A stretch of 64,000 nt of DNA from Spirochaetia bacterium (GTDB lineage Bacteria > Spirochaetota > Spirochaetia > SP-2023), in assembly GCA_965225855.1 (NCBI GenBank), contig CBDDCK010000005.1, positions 1,856,001 through 1,920,000 on the forward strand, in the 5' to 3' direction. Made by a program: the position numbers and the translations under genes. Every line of letters begins with the position of its first letter. The stretch's first letter is position 1. The notes below the pieces were generated by a model. It worked only from the letters and a program-made list of their open reading frames with translations, had not been told where the DNA came from and ran no database searches. Below are positions 29,103-40,045 of this stretch, piece by piece.

Positions 29103-29861
29103 ATGAGTGATGCAAATAACAGTATGCAGACTTGGCCTTCATTGCCGTCTAGGCAGCGAGTTTTCGCTGTAATCTGTAAAGAGTGCCAAGAGCTGTTTTA
29201 TTCACCTGTGGCCTACATTGTGATTGTTATTTATCTAGTGATCACCGGTGTTTTTATCTTTTTTATCAATAACTTCTTTATTTATGGTATTCTTAGTTTA
29301 AGCAGTTATTTTACCATTACACCTTATATATTGGCCTTTTCCATTTCGGCTTTGACGATGCGCTTGCTTTCAGAAGAGCGGCGCAGCGGTGCGATTGAGA
29401 TTCTCTCTACTCTGCCGATTTCGGCTATCGAGGTGGTTTTGGGCAAATTCCTATCTTCATGGTTGTTTTCTGGCTTGTTACTTTTGTTTACCTTGGGTTA
29501 CCCTTTGACGTTTAGCTCTTTAGGTAGCATGGATTTTGGTGCGGGAGTTGCGGGTTATATCGGCCAAATTTTGCTTTGCGGTGCTTTTGTGGCTGTTGGT
29601 TTGTTTGCTTCTTCTATCAGCAAAAATCCGATTAGTTCTTTTTTTGTGGCTTTTATGGTGATGTTTGTGCTGCTGTTTTTGGATTTTATTTTGCAGGGTA
29701 TGCCCGGGCAAGTCTCTTTGTTTTTACGCAACCTAAGTGCTGGTTACCATTTACGAAATTTTAGCAACGGTATTGTCGACTTGCGCGATATTTTTTATTT
29801 CTTCTCGATTATGTTGTTGGGTGTATATGGCTCTTGGTTAAAGCTGCAAAGCCTGCGTTAA
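29103..29861 (+). CDS. ABC-2 type permease (GldF-like)
   Basis: F.SPVAY, TMRLLSEERRSG.IE.L.TLP and GKF motifs; six hydrophobic segments. Confidence 0.9.
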   Translation: MSDANNSMQTWPSLPSRQRVFAVICKECQELFYSPVAYIVIVIYLVITGVFIFFINNFFIYGILSLSSYFTITPYILAFSISALTMRLLSEERRSGAIEILSTLPISAIEVVLGKFLSSWLFSGLLLLFTLGYPLTFSSLGSMDFGAGVAGYIGQILLCGAFVAVGLFASSISKNPISSFFVAFMVMFVLLFLDFILQGMPGQVSLFLRNLSAGYHLRNFSNGIVDLRDIFYFFSIMLLGVYGSWLKLQSLR

Positions 29862-29897
29862 AAATTATCTATACAAATACGAAAAGGAATTTATTTT

Positions 29898-32132
29898 ATG
29901 AACCTTACGCTTAAAATTAGCCGTAGTGGCTACCAAGGTATCCGTTTCGGCCTTTATATTTTGCTTGTGCTTTTGCTAAACGCTGCTATATCCTACTTTC
30001 CACTTCGTGTCGATCTTACGAAGCAGCAAACCTACAGCCTAGCTACAGCCTCAAAAGATACCGTTGCCCAGCTGGAAGAACCAGTTACCATTCGCGTATA
30101 CCTCTCTAGTAACTTGCCATCGCACTACAATATTCTTTCTTCGCTGCTGCGCGATTTGATGCAAACCTATAAGGGTAGTGCCAAAAGTGGCATGTTTAGT
30201 TATTCGGTGAACCTGATTCGCAGCGATGATAAAAGTGAGAAAACTCAAAAATTGCAGTCGGAAGCGCAAAATTACGGCATTTATCCCGTGCAGTTGCAAG
30301 GCTCTGATGGCAATGAATTTAAAGCGGTGTCGGCCTATATAGGCATGGCTATTTCTCAAGGAGAAAATCTGGAAGTGCTTTCTCCACTACAGCCTAGCGA
30401 TAATATCCAATATAAGATTACGGCGGCCCTGCAAAAGATTTCGCGCAAAGGTAGTGCTTTGCTTTCGATGAATGAGAATTTGAAAATTTATTATTATTTT
30501 TCCTCTTTGCTTTCGCAATTGAATGATGGCAAATATGCCCAATTCCCCAGTAATTTTGAAGAGGTTATGAAATCGACAGCAGAGCAGCTTTATGGGCGTG
30601 TCGATAGCCAAGTTATTGACCCTGACAAATTGCCACCCGGTTTGCCCAACCCTGGCGAGTTGGACTTGCCTGATACAAAAATTGATATTGCCGATGGCCA
30701 GAGCCAAAAAGTCTACAGTGCGATTGTCATTGATAATGGGGGCCGTTATGAAGCGCACTCTTTGTTGCAGTTGCAGCCTTCTTTTGAACTGGGGCCAGAT
30801 GGTTTAAAGCAAACTAATTCTGTGAATGTGATAGACCCTCTTCGTTTGGAGGGCCAGTTGGCTGAAGTTGCTATTGGCAGTTTAGGTATTGCCCAAAATG
30901 TTGGCTATATTGCCGACCGAGAAACAGCTAGCTTTAATCCACCCAATCCGCAGGTACCCAGCCAAGGGGCCAATCTCTATGTATTTTCTCAAGAAGTGCG
31001 GGATTTGTACAATTTTCAGCCCGTCAATCTTGATGAAGGAATTGGGAAAGATGTCAATATCTTATTGTTAGTTGATCCTAGAAAGCAGCTTAGCGATTGG
31101 GATCTGTACCAAATTGATCAGTTTGTCATGCGCGGTGGCCGTTTGGTAGTTGCGATGGAACCGTACCAAGTGATGCGTAGCCCTTATGGTTACGGGGCCC
31201 AGTTTATTCCCAATCCCAATTTAGAAGGGATTAAGAGCAATGGTGAGAAAAAAGAGCAATACACTTTGATCAATTTGCTTGCGCATTATGGAATTGAATA
31301 TCAAAAAGCGATGGTTTTTGATACCAAAAGTTTTGTCAACCGTGGTCAAAACGCTCAAACGGGTGGCTACCAAGAAACTAAGGTTTATTACATTCCCGAA
31401 ATTGATGCAGAGAAAAGTTCAGATTTAGCTTTTGTCAAAAACCTAAAGAAATTTTTCTTTTACAATTCGGCAGCTTTAAAAGCAGTCGATGATAATAGCA
31501 TCGTTTTGGTGAAGAGCAGCCCGCAGTCTTGGACAGAAGATATGAGCGATGGCAATAAAGACCCAAACAATATTGTGCCGGCTCCTGTGGATAAGCAAAG
31601 TGAGCAATATTTGGTTATGTCTTCGCAAGGTGTACTTAGTAGCTTTTTTAAGGGTAAAAAGCTACCCGCAAAACCCAAGAAAGAAAAAGAAGGCGAGGAA
31701 AATGAAGCCAAAAATGCGCAAGAGGAGCTTAGTTTTGCTAGTGTTCAAGATTCTTTTATAGAACAAAGTGAGAATAGCCATGTATTGGTCAGCGGAACTT
31801 CATTGATTTTTGACAAACAACTTTTGAGTGTACCAACTAATAAAGCTCTGGCATTAAATTTGTTGGACTATATGGCAGGCAATATTGAGATGGCCAATTT
31901 GCGGGCCCGCAGTGGAACACCAAATTTTATTGATGAGAGTGTGGGTAACGCCCAGAAAAATATCATCAAGTGGTTTAATACTTTAGGGTTGCCTTTTACG
32001 GTGGGTATTTTAGGCTTGTTGATGCTTATTCATTGGCGGCAGCGTCAGCTAAAATTGCGTGCTTTATTTGCCCAAGATGTGGCCAAAGATTTGCAGAAAA
32101 ATAGCCAAATAGCAAAGGAATCTTCTTTATGA
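29898..32132 (+). CDS. GldG family ABC-associated periplasmic protein
   Basis: R.DLT..Q.YSL...S, IDQFVMRGG and N..L.LN..DY motifs; C-terminal transmembrane helix. Confidence 0.88.
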   Translation: MNLTLKISRSGYQGIRFGLYILLVLLLNAAISYFPLRVDLTKQQTYSLATASKDTVAQLEEPVTIRVYLSSNLPSHYNILSSLLRDLMQTYKGSAKSGMFSYSVNLIRSDDKSEKTQKLQSEAQNYGIYPVQLQGSDGNEFKAVSAYIGMAISQGENLEVLSPLQPSDNIQYKITAALQKISRKGSALLSMNENLKIYYYFSSLLSQLNDGKYAQFPSNFEEVMKSTAEQLYGRVDSQVIDPDKLPPGLPNPGELDLPDTKIDIADGQSQKVYSAIVIDNGGRYEAHSLLQLQPSFELGPDGLKQTNSVNVIDPLRLEGQLAEVAIGSLGIAQNVGYIADRETASFNPPNPQVPSQGANLYVFSQEVRDLYNFQPVNLDEGIGKDVNILLLVDPRKQLSDWDLYQIDQFVMRGGRLVVAMEPYQVMRSPYGYGAQFIPNPNLEGIKSNGEKKEQYTLINLLAHYGIEYQKAMVFDTKSFVNRGQNAQTGGYQETKVYYIPEIDAEKSSDLAFVKNLKKFFFYNSAALKAVDDNSIVLVKSSPQSWTEDMSDGNKDPNNIVPAPVDKQSEQYLVMSSQGVLSSFFKGKKLPAKPKKEKEGEENEAKNAQEELSFASVQDSFIEQSENSHVLVSGTSLIFDKQLLSVPTNKALALNLLDYMAGNIEMANLRARSGTPNFIDESVGNAQKNIIKWFNTLGLPFTVGILGLLMLIHWRQRQLKLRALFAQDVAKDLQKNSQIAKESSL

Positions 32133-33139
32133 ACCAAATAAAAAACGATATATCAGCTTCTGGATTTGATGAAATGGAAAACAAAAAGATAAAACTTAAA
32201 AGCCATCAAGTGATAGAATTATTGGTGCTTTGTGGTTTGATTTTTATTTTGTTGTTATATTTATTATTGCGTTCTGCAGCAAGCTTTAGCTATAAGTTGC
32301 CTGAATTTGACAAAGTTACGGGCATCGAAAGTATGCGATGGAGCCGTAGTGATGGTAGCGAAATCAATTTGAGCAAAAAAGGTGAACAGTGGTACATTGA
32401 TAACCAATACCCAGCCAAACAAAACAATGTCGATACCTTATTGGGACAGCTTTCTGAACCTAGCCTACAAGATTTAGTTTCCAAGTCTGGTAATTTGTTG
32501 ACTTTTGGCCTCAATAATGAACGGGCTTACAAGCTGGAAGCTTTTGATAGCAACGGTGATGTCTTGCGCCAGCTTTATATAGGCAAAAGTTCTAGCTCTG
32601 GTCGCTATTCTTTTACCCGGCTAAGCGAAGATGATTGGCGGATTTTTACGCTATCTGAAAATTTGACTTCTGTTTTAGAAAAAAGTATTGACAATTTGCG
32701 CGATCGTTTGGTGCTTAGTTTTTCCAGCAGTGATATTGAAAAATTGGAAATTAGTGAATCGGCAAGTGATAAATCAATTTCTATTGCCAAACAGGACAGC
32801 AAGTGGCAAATTCCTGAAGGCCATACATGGAATGAAGAGCAGGTCGATAGTTTTGTCAACCGTTTTGCTAGCATGAATGCGCAAGATTTTCTTGCTGAAT
32901 ATCCACAGACAGATGATGAATATCAATTGAAATTTATTGCCAAAGGTGGGGTTAGTTATATCGTTACAATTGCTGCGCAAAAATTGGAAGATGATAAAGG
33001 TTATGCCGCTAAATCTTCTTCTTATGGTTTTCCGTTTACTTTAAACAATTACACTGTAGAAAGTATACTAGAAGATTTTGGTTTTGTTGACACAGAGACA
33101 GATGCCGACACAGAACAAAATTCAGCGGAAGAAACCTAA
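32129..33139 (+). CDS. DUF4340 domain protein
   Basis: N-terminal membrane anchor, FGL...L.IG and LRDR motifs; usual fourth gene after gldG. Confidence 0.75.
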   Translation: MNQIKNDISASGFDEMENKKIKLKSHQVIELLVLCGLIFILLLYLLLRSAASFSYKLPEFDKVTGIESMRWSRSDGSEINLSKKGEQWYIDNQYPAKQNNVDTLLGQLSEPSLQDLVSKSGNLLTFGLNNERAYKLEAFDSNGDVLRQLYIGKSSSSGRYSFTRLSEDDWRIFTLSENLTSVLEKSIDNLRDRLVLSFSSSDIEKLEISESASDKSISIAKQDSKWQIPEGHTWNEEQVDSFVNRFASMNAQDFLAEYPQTDDEYQLKFIAKGGVSYIVTIAAQKLEDDKGYAAKSSSYGFPFTLNNYTVESILEDFGFVDTETDADTEQNSAEET

Positions 33140-33152
33140 ATTATAAAAATAA

Positions 33153-33190
33153 AAAAGAACAAGGGAGGTATTGCCTCCCTTGTTCTTTTT
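33153..33190 (+). terminator. Rho-independent (bidirectional) terminator
   Basis: AAGAACAAGGGAGG-TATTG-CCTCCCTTGTTCTTTTT. Confidence 0.85.
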
Positions 33191-33237
33191 CTGAACAGTA
33201 GTAGAATTTATTTTTGAATGTCAATTTAAGGAAATTT

Positions 33238-34185
33238 ATGCAGCAAGATAGCCGAATATTTGTAGCTGGGCATCAAGGTATGGTGGGTTCTGCTATTTTG
33301 CGGGAGTTGCAGCAACGTAACTATGGCAACATACTTGTTGCCGAACGAAGCGCGTTAGATTTATGTGAACAAGGGCAAGTACGCAGTTATTTTGCTAAAC
33401 ATAAACCCGAATATGTTTTTTTAGCTGCTGCCAAAGTTGGCGGGATTATGGCTAATCAAACCTATCCAGCTGATTTTATCTATAGTAATACGCTTATTGC
33501 GGCCAATATTATCGATGCAGCCTACCAAAATGGAGTAAAGAAACTGTTAAATTTAGGCTCGTCTTGTATTTACCCAAAAGAAGTGTCCCAACCCATGCGG
33601 GAAGAATATTTATTGCATGGCCCGCTTGAAAAAACGAATGATGCTTATGCTATTGCGAAAATTACCGCTATAAAAATGTGCAGTGCCTATCACCGTCAGT
33701 ATGGTTGTAATTTTATATCAGCTATGCCGTGTAATTTGTATGGTCTCAATGATAACTTTCATTTACAAAATTCTCACTTGTTGCCAGCTTTAGTGCGCAA
33801 AATTGATGATGCTTTGCAAAATAAAAAAGAAGAAGTTGTTTTATGGGGTGATGGCAGCCCGCGCCGAGAATTACTATTTTCTAAAGATTTAGCCGATGCT
33901 GCCATTTTTTTGATGGAATATTGTAATGCTGAAGAGCTTGGCGAGCTGATCAATGTGGGGAGTGGTTACGATTTGGAAATTCGCGAGCTGGCAGCCAAAG
34001 TGGCCCGTATTGTGGGCTTTCATGGCGATATTCGTTGGGACAAGAGCTATCCAAACGGAACTATGTATAAGCTAATGGATAGCTCGCGGATCAATGCTTT
34101 GGGCTGGCAGCCAAAAGTGAGCCTTGATGAAGGTATTTGGCGTTTGCTGGCTGTCTATCGTTCAGGAAATTATCGTGAATGCTAG
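33238..34185 (+). CDS. fcl: GDP-L-fucose synthase
   Basis: GHQGMVGSA, AAAKVGGI.AN, LGSSCIYP, YAIAK and WG.G.PRRE motifs. Confidence 0.95.
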   Translation: MQQDSRIFVAGHQGMVGSAILRELQQRNYGNILVAERSALDLCEQGQVRSYFAKHKPEYVFLAAAKVGGIMANQTYPADFIYSNTLIAANIIDAAYQNGVKKLLNLGSSCIYPKEVSQPMREEYLLHGPLEKTNDAYAIAKITAIKMCSAYHRQYGCNFISAMPCNLYGLNDNFHLQNSHLLPALVRKIDDALQNKKEEVVLWGDGSPRRELLFSKDLADAAIFLMEYCNAEELGELINVGSGYDLEIRELAAKVARIVGFHGDIRWDKSYPNGTMYKLMDSSRINALGWQPKVSLDEGIWRLLAVYRSGNYREC

Positions 34186-34215
34186 TGCAAATAAAATGTG
34201 AATATAAGGGAAGCA

Positions 34216-35310
34216 ATGATGTCTAATAAAAAAGTGGCTTTGATTACGGGGGTTACGGGCCAAGATGGAGCTTATTTAAGTGAATTTTTGTTGGCCAAAG
34301 GTTATGAAGTCCATGGCTTAAAGCGCAGAGCATCATCATATAATACGGACAGAATTGACCATATTTTTACAGAAGCAGAAAGAAAGCAGCAGCCTTTTTA
34401 CTTGCATTATGGGGATATGAATGACAGCACGAACTTGATTTATTTGGTGCAAAAAATCCAGCCCGATGAGATTTACAACTTAGCGGCCCAAAGCCATGTA
34501 AAAGTTTCGTTTGAAACGCCTGAATATACAGCCAATGCAGATGGCATTGGCGTTCTGCGTTTGTTAGAATCACTGCGTTTGCTGCAGATGGAGAAACAAT
34601 GTCGTTTTTATCAAGCTGCTACCAGTGAGCTATACGGTTTGGTACAGGAGGTTCCGCAACGGGAAACCACGCCATTTTATCCGCGCAGTCCCTATGCTGC
34701 GGCTAAATTGTACGGATATTGGGTTACGGTCAATTACCGAGAAGCCTATGGGCTTTATGCGGTTAATGGTATTTTGTTTAATCATGAAAGTCCGCGCCGC
34801 GGTGAAACTTTTGTAACGCGCAAAATTACTATTGGAGCAGCTCAAATCGCCACAGGGCAGGCAGAAACTTTGGTGTTAGGTAATTTGGAAGCTAAGCGCG
34901 ATTGGGGTTTTGCCGGAGATTATGTTGAAGCTATGTGGTTGATGTTGCAACAAGAGCAGCCAGAAGATTTTGTGATAGCCACTGGCGTAACTGCCACCGT
35001 GCGCGATTTTTGCCAGTTAGCCTTTCGCGAAGCAAGTATGGAGTTGCGCTGGGAAGGTCAAGGGGTTGATGAAAAAGGTTATGACCAAAATGGCATATTG
35101 CGCATTTGTGTTTCGCCAGCATATTTCCGCCCTACAGAAGTGGAATTATTGATTGGCGATGCCAGCAAGGCTAAAGAAAAATTGGGTTGGCAGCCCAAAA
35201 TGGATTTAGAAGATTTGGTTAAATTGATGATGAAGAATGATTTGGAAAAAGTTCAGAAAGGTCTTCCATTCCAAAAAAACTTAAATATTGTAAAATCCCC
35301 AAGAAAATAA
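34216..35310 (+). CDS. gmd: GDP-mannose 4,6-dehydratase
   Basis: [47 protein letters not shown] and RDWG motifs. Confidence 0.97.
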   Translation: MMSNKKVALITGVTGQDGAYLSEFLLAKGYEVHGLKRRASSYNTDRIDHIFTEAERKQQPFYLHYGDMNDSTNLIYLVQKIQPDEIYNLAAQSHVKVSFETPEYTANADGIGVLRLLESLRLLQMEKQCRFYQAATSELYGLVQEVPQRETTPFYPRSPYAAAKLYGYWVTVNYREAYGLYAVNGILFNHESPRRGETFVTRKITIGAAQIATGQAETLVLGNLEAKRDWGFAGDYVEAMWLMLQQEQPEDFVIATGVTATVRDFCQLAFREASMELRWEGQGVDEKGYDQNGILRICVSPAYFRPTEVELLIGDASKAKEKLGWQPKMDLEDLVKLMMKNDLEKVQKGLPFQKNLNIVKSPRK

Positions 35311-35347
35311 ATTGCAAATTACTATTTACTGGTAAGCAGTTGAGCTG

Positions 35348-36100
35348 ATGAAAGATATAATCGCACAGCGGTTTTCTAGTGCAGCCCAAGATTATGATGC
35401 GATAACGCCGGTACAGCAAGAATGTGCTCAAACTTTGTTTCAACTGTTGGAAATTCGGCAGGCAATTGCTACCCCCCCTGTTTTATTGGATGTCGGTGTG
35501 GGAAGTGGCCGTTTGCTATTTTTGGCTTCTAAATATTTGGGGGAAAATTGGCAGCTGCACGGTATTGATTTTGCTCCGCAAATGTTGGCTCAAACACAAG
35601 CGCGCTTTCCTAATGTAAAGCTATATCATGCTGATATAGAACAATACCATTATTTACCCAGTTCGTATGATGTAATCGTTTCTAATTTTGCTTTACAATG
35701 GTGTGAGCAGCCAGCCCGATTATTAGAGAATTTGTATATGTCTTTGCGTTCTGGCGGCCAATTGGCTGTGGCGTTGCCGCTTTGCGGTAGCCTGTGCAAT
35801 CTGGTAGAACTTGTTCAACAGCTTAGTGGCGAACAATTACCCACCTACCCATTACCTCGTATTGAGGACTTCTTTTCTCTGGCGAAACAAATCCCAAATT
35901 TTACTTTACAAGTGCGAAATTTTGTTGCTCATTATCAAAATGCTTATGCGGCTGTTATGGCGATAAAAAAGGCAGGGGCGAATACAAGCTTAAATGCAAA
36001 TAAGCAGTTGAGCATGAAAGCTCTGCGATTGTTACACCAAGAACAAAGCCCTTTTATGCTCGATTACAAAGTTTTATTTCTGTTAGCAAAATCAATGTAA
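35348..36100 (+). CDS. BioC-like SAM-dependent methyltransferase
   Basis: F..AA..YD....VQ, LDVGVGSG and SNFALQW motifs. Confidence 0.8.
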   Translation: MKDIIAQRFSSAAQDYDAITPVQQECAQTLFQLLEIRQAIATPPVLLDVGVGSGRLLFLASKYLGENWQLHGIDFAPQMLAQTQARFPNVKLYHADIEQYHYLPSSYDVIVSNFALQWCEQPARLLENLYMSLRSGGQLAVALPLCGSLCNLVELVQQLSGEQLPTYPLPRIEDFFSLAKQIPNFTLQVRNFVAHYQNAYAAVMAIKKAGANTSLNANKQLSMKALRLLHQEQSPFMLDYKVLFLLAKSM

Positions 36101-36116
36101 TTAAAAGGCAAAATAA

Positions 36117-36151
36117 GAGGCTGGCTATCTTTAGTGTTAGATACCAGCCTC
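36117..36151. terminator. Hairpin between convergent genes
   Basis: GAGGCTGG.TATCT-loop-AGATACCAGCCTC. Confidence 0.65.
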
Positions 36152-36168
36152 ACAATGCTACATAATTA

Positions 36169-36315
36169 TTAATTATGTTCAGCGAATAACTCATTTACGG
36201 TTGCAAACAGTTCATCCCATTTGTCTAGGTTTTTATCTAAATCAATAGAATGCATAGCTTTCGTTAAGCTACTGTTTTCTTTGATATTGGGCTCCTCATT
36301 ACTTGGAATATTCAT
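36169..36315 (-). CDS. Small acidic hypothetical protein (48 aa), absent from the ORF track
   Basis: MNIPSNEEPNIKENSSLTKAMHSIDLDKNLDKWDELFATVNELFAEHN*; AGAGG RBS upstream and a hairpin downstream. Confidence 0.5.
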   Translation of the reverse strand: MNIPSNEEPNIKENSSLTKAMHSIDLDKNLDKWDELFATVNELFAEHN

Positions 36316-36577
36316 TATTTTTCCTCTATATGTTAAATGGTTTTGGCAAGCTTAAACAATTTATCCTGATTGACAAGCCAATTGTGGACTTTTTTATTAT
36401 AGGTAGAGTAATTTTATTTCAGCTGTATCAAGAATAGTAAATTTTAGATAGTTTTATAGCTAGTTATAAATTCGTGTCTAAATGATACATATATCTTATA
36501 TTTATTTGACAATTGTTATTGTTATATTTTTGTTGTTTACTATAAAATCGGATAACTTGAAAACAGGAGGAGTGATA

Positions 36578-38269
36578 ATGAATGAGCAATTAAAAAGTGG
36601 TGCAGAGCTTGTTGTGGAACAACTGAAAGCTGAAGGTGTTGAATATATTTTTGGTCTTCCGGGTGGAGCAACGATTCCAATTTTTGATGCCTTGCATAGT
36701 TCAGAATTGGAATTTGTTTTGGTGCGTCATGAGCAGGGAGCCACGCATATGGCCGATGGTTATGCTCGTGCTACAGGGAAAACTGGAGTGGTTATGGCTA
36801 CTTCGGGCCCTGGAGCAACAAATTGTATTACCGGCATATATACTGCTATTATGGATTCTGTACCGATGGTGATTATTACCGGCCAAGTTACAACCCGTGG
36901 TATGGGTCTTGATTCCTTTCAAGAGGCGGATGTGATTGGCATTAGTATGCCGATCGTCAAACATTCTTATTTAGTCAAAGATACTTCTGAACTGAAGAAT
37001 ATTATACATGAAGCATTTTTCTTGGCGAATTCAGGCCGTCCGGGCCCTGTTATCATTGACATTCCCAAAGATATTTCTGCCAAGATTGTGGAGCCAAAAT
37101 CAATGCGTAAGCCATATTTACCAGGCTATCTATTACCTTGCCCACCTGATGGAAAGGTTGTTGAAAAAGCTGCTGATATGATTAATAATTCATATCGTCC
37201 TGTTTTCTTAGTTGGGCATGGGGCGATTTTAGCCAATGCTGGTAATGAAATAGAGGCTTTGGTCCAAAAAATAGAGATTCCTGTTGTTAATACTTTGCTG
37301 GGTAAAGGTTGCTTTCCAGAAACGCATCCATTGAATTTGGGTCTTCCTGGAATGCATGGCACAGCTTATGCTAATAAAGCTTTAGCTGAAGCAGATCTAA
37401 TTATTTCTATTGGCTCACGTTGGGACGATCGCATTACCAGTGATGTAGAGCGTTTTGCCCTATCTTCAAGGAAAATTCATTTTGATATTGACATTGCGGA
37501 AATAGATAAAGTTATTAAGGCAGACTGTGCTGTTTTGGGTGATGCCAAGCTTGGTTTGCAATTGTTGATTGATAAATTAGAGCAGCGCGATCGCAGTAAT
37601 TGGCTTTTGCAAATTGATAAATGGCGCAAAGAGTTTCCGCTGCGCTATCGAAAAGAAGGGAGGCTCAAACCACAACACATCATTGAAATTTTGCAGAGTC
37701 TCACCGATGGCCAAGCTGTTATGACTACAGATGTGGGGCAGCATCAAATGTGGGCGGCTCAGTTTTATCTAGTGCAAGGTGGTGAAAATTGGCTAACTTC
37801 TGGCGGTGCTGGTACCATGGGCTATGGTTTGCCTTCGGCTATAGGCGCGCAATTAGGCCGCCCTGGGAAAATTGTATTTAGTATTGTTGGCGATGGTGGT
37901 TTCCAAATGACGCTTTGTGAGTTGGCAACGGCAGCCCAGTTGAAATTGCCAATTAAAGTGATTGTAATGAATAACGGATACTTAGGTATGGTTCGGCAAT
38001 GGCAGGAATTATTTTACGATGAACGCCTCAGTGGTGTTCGCTTGGAAGGGAACCCCGACTTTTCTAAATTAGCCGAAGCATATGGTTGTAAAGCATTTCG
38101 CTTAAAGCGCAGCTCCGATATAAAACGAGTGTTGAGTGCTGCTTTGGAATATAATGAAGGTCCATTGGTAATTGATGCGGTTATTCCTCCAGAAGAAAAT
38201 GTGTTTCCAATGGTTCCCGCTGGTGCCCCTCTGGAAGGTATGATTTTAGAAAAGCCAGCCACTGAATGA
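36578..38269 (+). CDS. ilvB: Acetolactate synthase large subunit (biosynthetic)
   Basis: IFG.PGG, RHEQ, TSGPGATN, TDVGQHQMW, GDGGFQM and NNGYLGMVRQWQ motifs. AGGAG precedes ATG 36578. Confidence 0.97.
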   Translation: MNEQLKSGAELVVEQLKAEGVEYIFGLPGGATIPIFDALHSSELEFVLVRHEQGATHMADGYARATGKTGVVMATSGPGATNCITGIYTAIMDSVPMVIITGQVTTRGMGLDSFQEADVIGISMPIVKHSYLVKDTSELKNIIHEAFFLANSGRPGPVIIDIPKDISAKIVEPKSMRKPYLPGYLLPCPPDGKVVEKAADMINNSYRPVFLVGHGAILANAGNEIEALVQKIEIPVVNTLLGKGCFPETHPLNLGLPGMHGTAYANKALAEADLIISIGSRWDDRITSDVERFALSSRKIHFDIDIAEIDKVIKADCAVLGDAKLGLQLLIDKLEQRDRSNWLLQIDKWRKEFPLRYRKEGRLKPQHIIEILQSLTDGQAVMTTDVGQHQMWAAQFYLVQGGENWLTSGGAGTMGYGLPSAIGAQLGRPGKIVFSIVGDGGFQMTLCELATAAQLKLPIKVIVMNNGYLGMVRQWQELFYDERLSGVRLEGNPDFSKLAEAYGCKAFRLKRSSDIKRVLSAALEYNEGPLVIDAVIPPEENVFPMVPAGAPLEGMILEKPATE

Positions 38270-38325
38270 GCAATTTGAATCTTAGGACTGCCATCGATTT
38301 GGCTGTAATGAAAAAGGTTTAATTT

Positions 38326-38850
38326 ATGAATGAAATGAAAAAAAAGTTTTCCCTGAGTTTGTACGTTCAAAATCGGTCTGGAGTCCTAGCGCGGATTGCT
38401 TTGCTTTTTAACAGGCGTAGTTATAATATCGATAGTTTGGTTGTGTCTTCGGCCCACGATCGAGATTTTTCCTGGATTAGTATTGAAGCTAGTGGGGAAG
38501 AAAAGCAAATACCGTTGCTGATTAAGCAGTTACAAAAGTTGATAGATGTAGTTCATATCAGTAATCATAGTGATGTGTTGGGTACACAAATTTTACAGCG
38601 TGAATTGGCTTTACTAAAAGTACAGTGTAGTTTAGATAAGCGTCTGGAGATTTTACAGATTATTGATACATTTGGCTGTAATTTGTTAGATGCTACCAGT
38701 AATTCGATTACGATTCAGGTTGTTGGTAGCCATGAATATATTGAAGCTTTAGAATTAATGCTTGATTCTTACCGAATCTTGGAGAATGTTCGTACAGGTA
38801 AAGTTTTTATTGCTCGTGGAGATGCTTCAACGGCGGGACAAAGAGTTTAA
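38326..38850 (+). CDS. ilvN: Acetolactate synthase small subunit
   Basis: ACT domain N..GVLARI..LF.RR.YNIDSL, KQL.KLIDV, REL.L.KV and RTG motifs. Confidence 0.95.
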   Translation: MNEMKKKFSLSLYVQNRSGVLARIALLFNRRSYNIDSLVVSSAHDRDFSWISIEASGEEKQIPLLIKQLQKLIDVVHISNHSDVLGTQILQRELALLKVQCSLDKRLEILQIIDTFGCNLLDATSNSITIQVVGSHEYIEALELMLDSYRILENVRTGKVFIARGDASTAGQRV

Positions 38851-38977
38851 TATTTATCTTACAATTATTTCGTGATCGGGTTTTGTTATGTATTATTGTG
38901 GAGCATGGGTTGCAGTGATTGTTGTTGCTATTAGAATTCTGCCCAATAATTTAGTATCTTACTTATGGAATCCATTG

Positions 38978-39050
38978 GCTCCAGTAGCTCAGGGGATAGA
39001 GCAACCGCCTCCTAAGCGGTAGGTCGTACGTTCGAATCGTATCTGGAGCA
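38978..39050 (+). tRNA. tRNA-Arg (CCT)
   Basis: Acceptor stem GCTCCAG/CTGGAGC, anticodon arm ACCGC-CTCCTAA-GCGGT, TTCGAAT T-loop. CCA not encoded. Confidence 0.95.
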
Positions 39051-39225
39051 AGAACTTATTTATTGGGTTTCCGTTTTAATCTTGAATAAAAATTATTATG
39101 CCTAGCCTTGTTTGTTGTTTTATCTCAAAGTTTGTCAAGTCATGTAAACATCAGAGCAGGAGATCGTATTTAAGCCTATTATCTTTTTTGGTGTTTGTGC
39201 CCATTATTTTTACTGTTGTTCAGTT

Positions 39226-40045
39226 TTGCGAAAAAACAGATTGATGGGAGAAGGCTGCATCGTATTGCGGGCGTTGAGCCAAGCCTACCCCAAACAGATT
39301 CGTACATTGCGTTTTAGCAGCCGTGTGAATGATTGGATTGTCCAGGGTCAATGGCAAAGTTTTTCATTGAGCAACAGGAAGGATTTTGCCGGCAACTTGG
39401 CTCAAAATTATAAAAAGTATCGCAAATTGGGCTTTTGTCACTACCCTAAATTGTTGCCTTCACAGCCATTGTTTAATGCTGATGAAGAGAGAAAATTTCT
39501 AGTAGAATTAGCAAAAAATAAAAAAGGGTTGGTTGTTCAAGAAAATGATGCTTTTTGTAAAGCTTTATTTCAAGCTTCTAATAAGCAAGGATGCATTGAT
39601 TGAAGATATGTGGTTCATAGGGATTCGCGTGAAAGTTCATCCATTGATCATTCGGCCTTTAAAGCGAGTAGAAGCTCGGCTTTTACATATTAGGCGTAGC
39701 GTAAAAATAAAGATAGTAATCTTTTTTCGTTCTCTGCGTAATATTTAAGTTATGCGTGACGTAATATCCAGTATTTTAGCAAATTGAGCAACCATAGCTT
39801 TGGCACGGCATTGGATTTTTTGCTGCGCAATTGGAACGATAAAAAAGCATACTGGAGTTGGTTGGGAGATTATCGTAAGGATTGGTATAATACACCGTAC
39901 CAAAAACGTTGAACGCTCCCAAGTGTTGATCGATGGGTTTGAAAGTGAAGGTTTTATTTGGGGAGGAAAGTGGTTGTATTCTGATACGATGCACTTTGAA
40001 TATCGTCCCGAGTTGTATTTATTGCGCGATAGCCTTGCTAAATAA
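39226..40045 (+). pseudogene. Fragmented M15 family metallopeptidase (D-Ala-D-Ala carboxypeptidase-like)
   Basis: Motifs spread over different frames: F.G.RV.VH..I..PL.RVE, SNHSFGTALD (39787-39816) and FE.EGFIWGGKW...DTMHFEYRPE. Several stops and frameshifts. Confidence 0.8.

Noticed and set aside
28037..33139. Bacteroidetes-type gliding motility system
   Set aside because: GldA/F/G-DUF4340 operons are widespread, including in spirochetes, and no gldK-N or sprA genes are present.
36482..36577. Ile/Leu/Val-rich attenuator leader peptide for ilvB
   Set aside because: It is in frame with ilvB with no stop codon and no terminator/antiterminator hairpins. The composition is explained by AT-rich promoter DNA containing TTGACA.
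38978..39050. Integrative element at tRNA-Arg
   Set aside because: No integrase nearby, and I saw no duplicate of the tRNA 3' end in the window.
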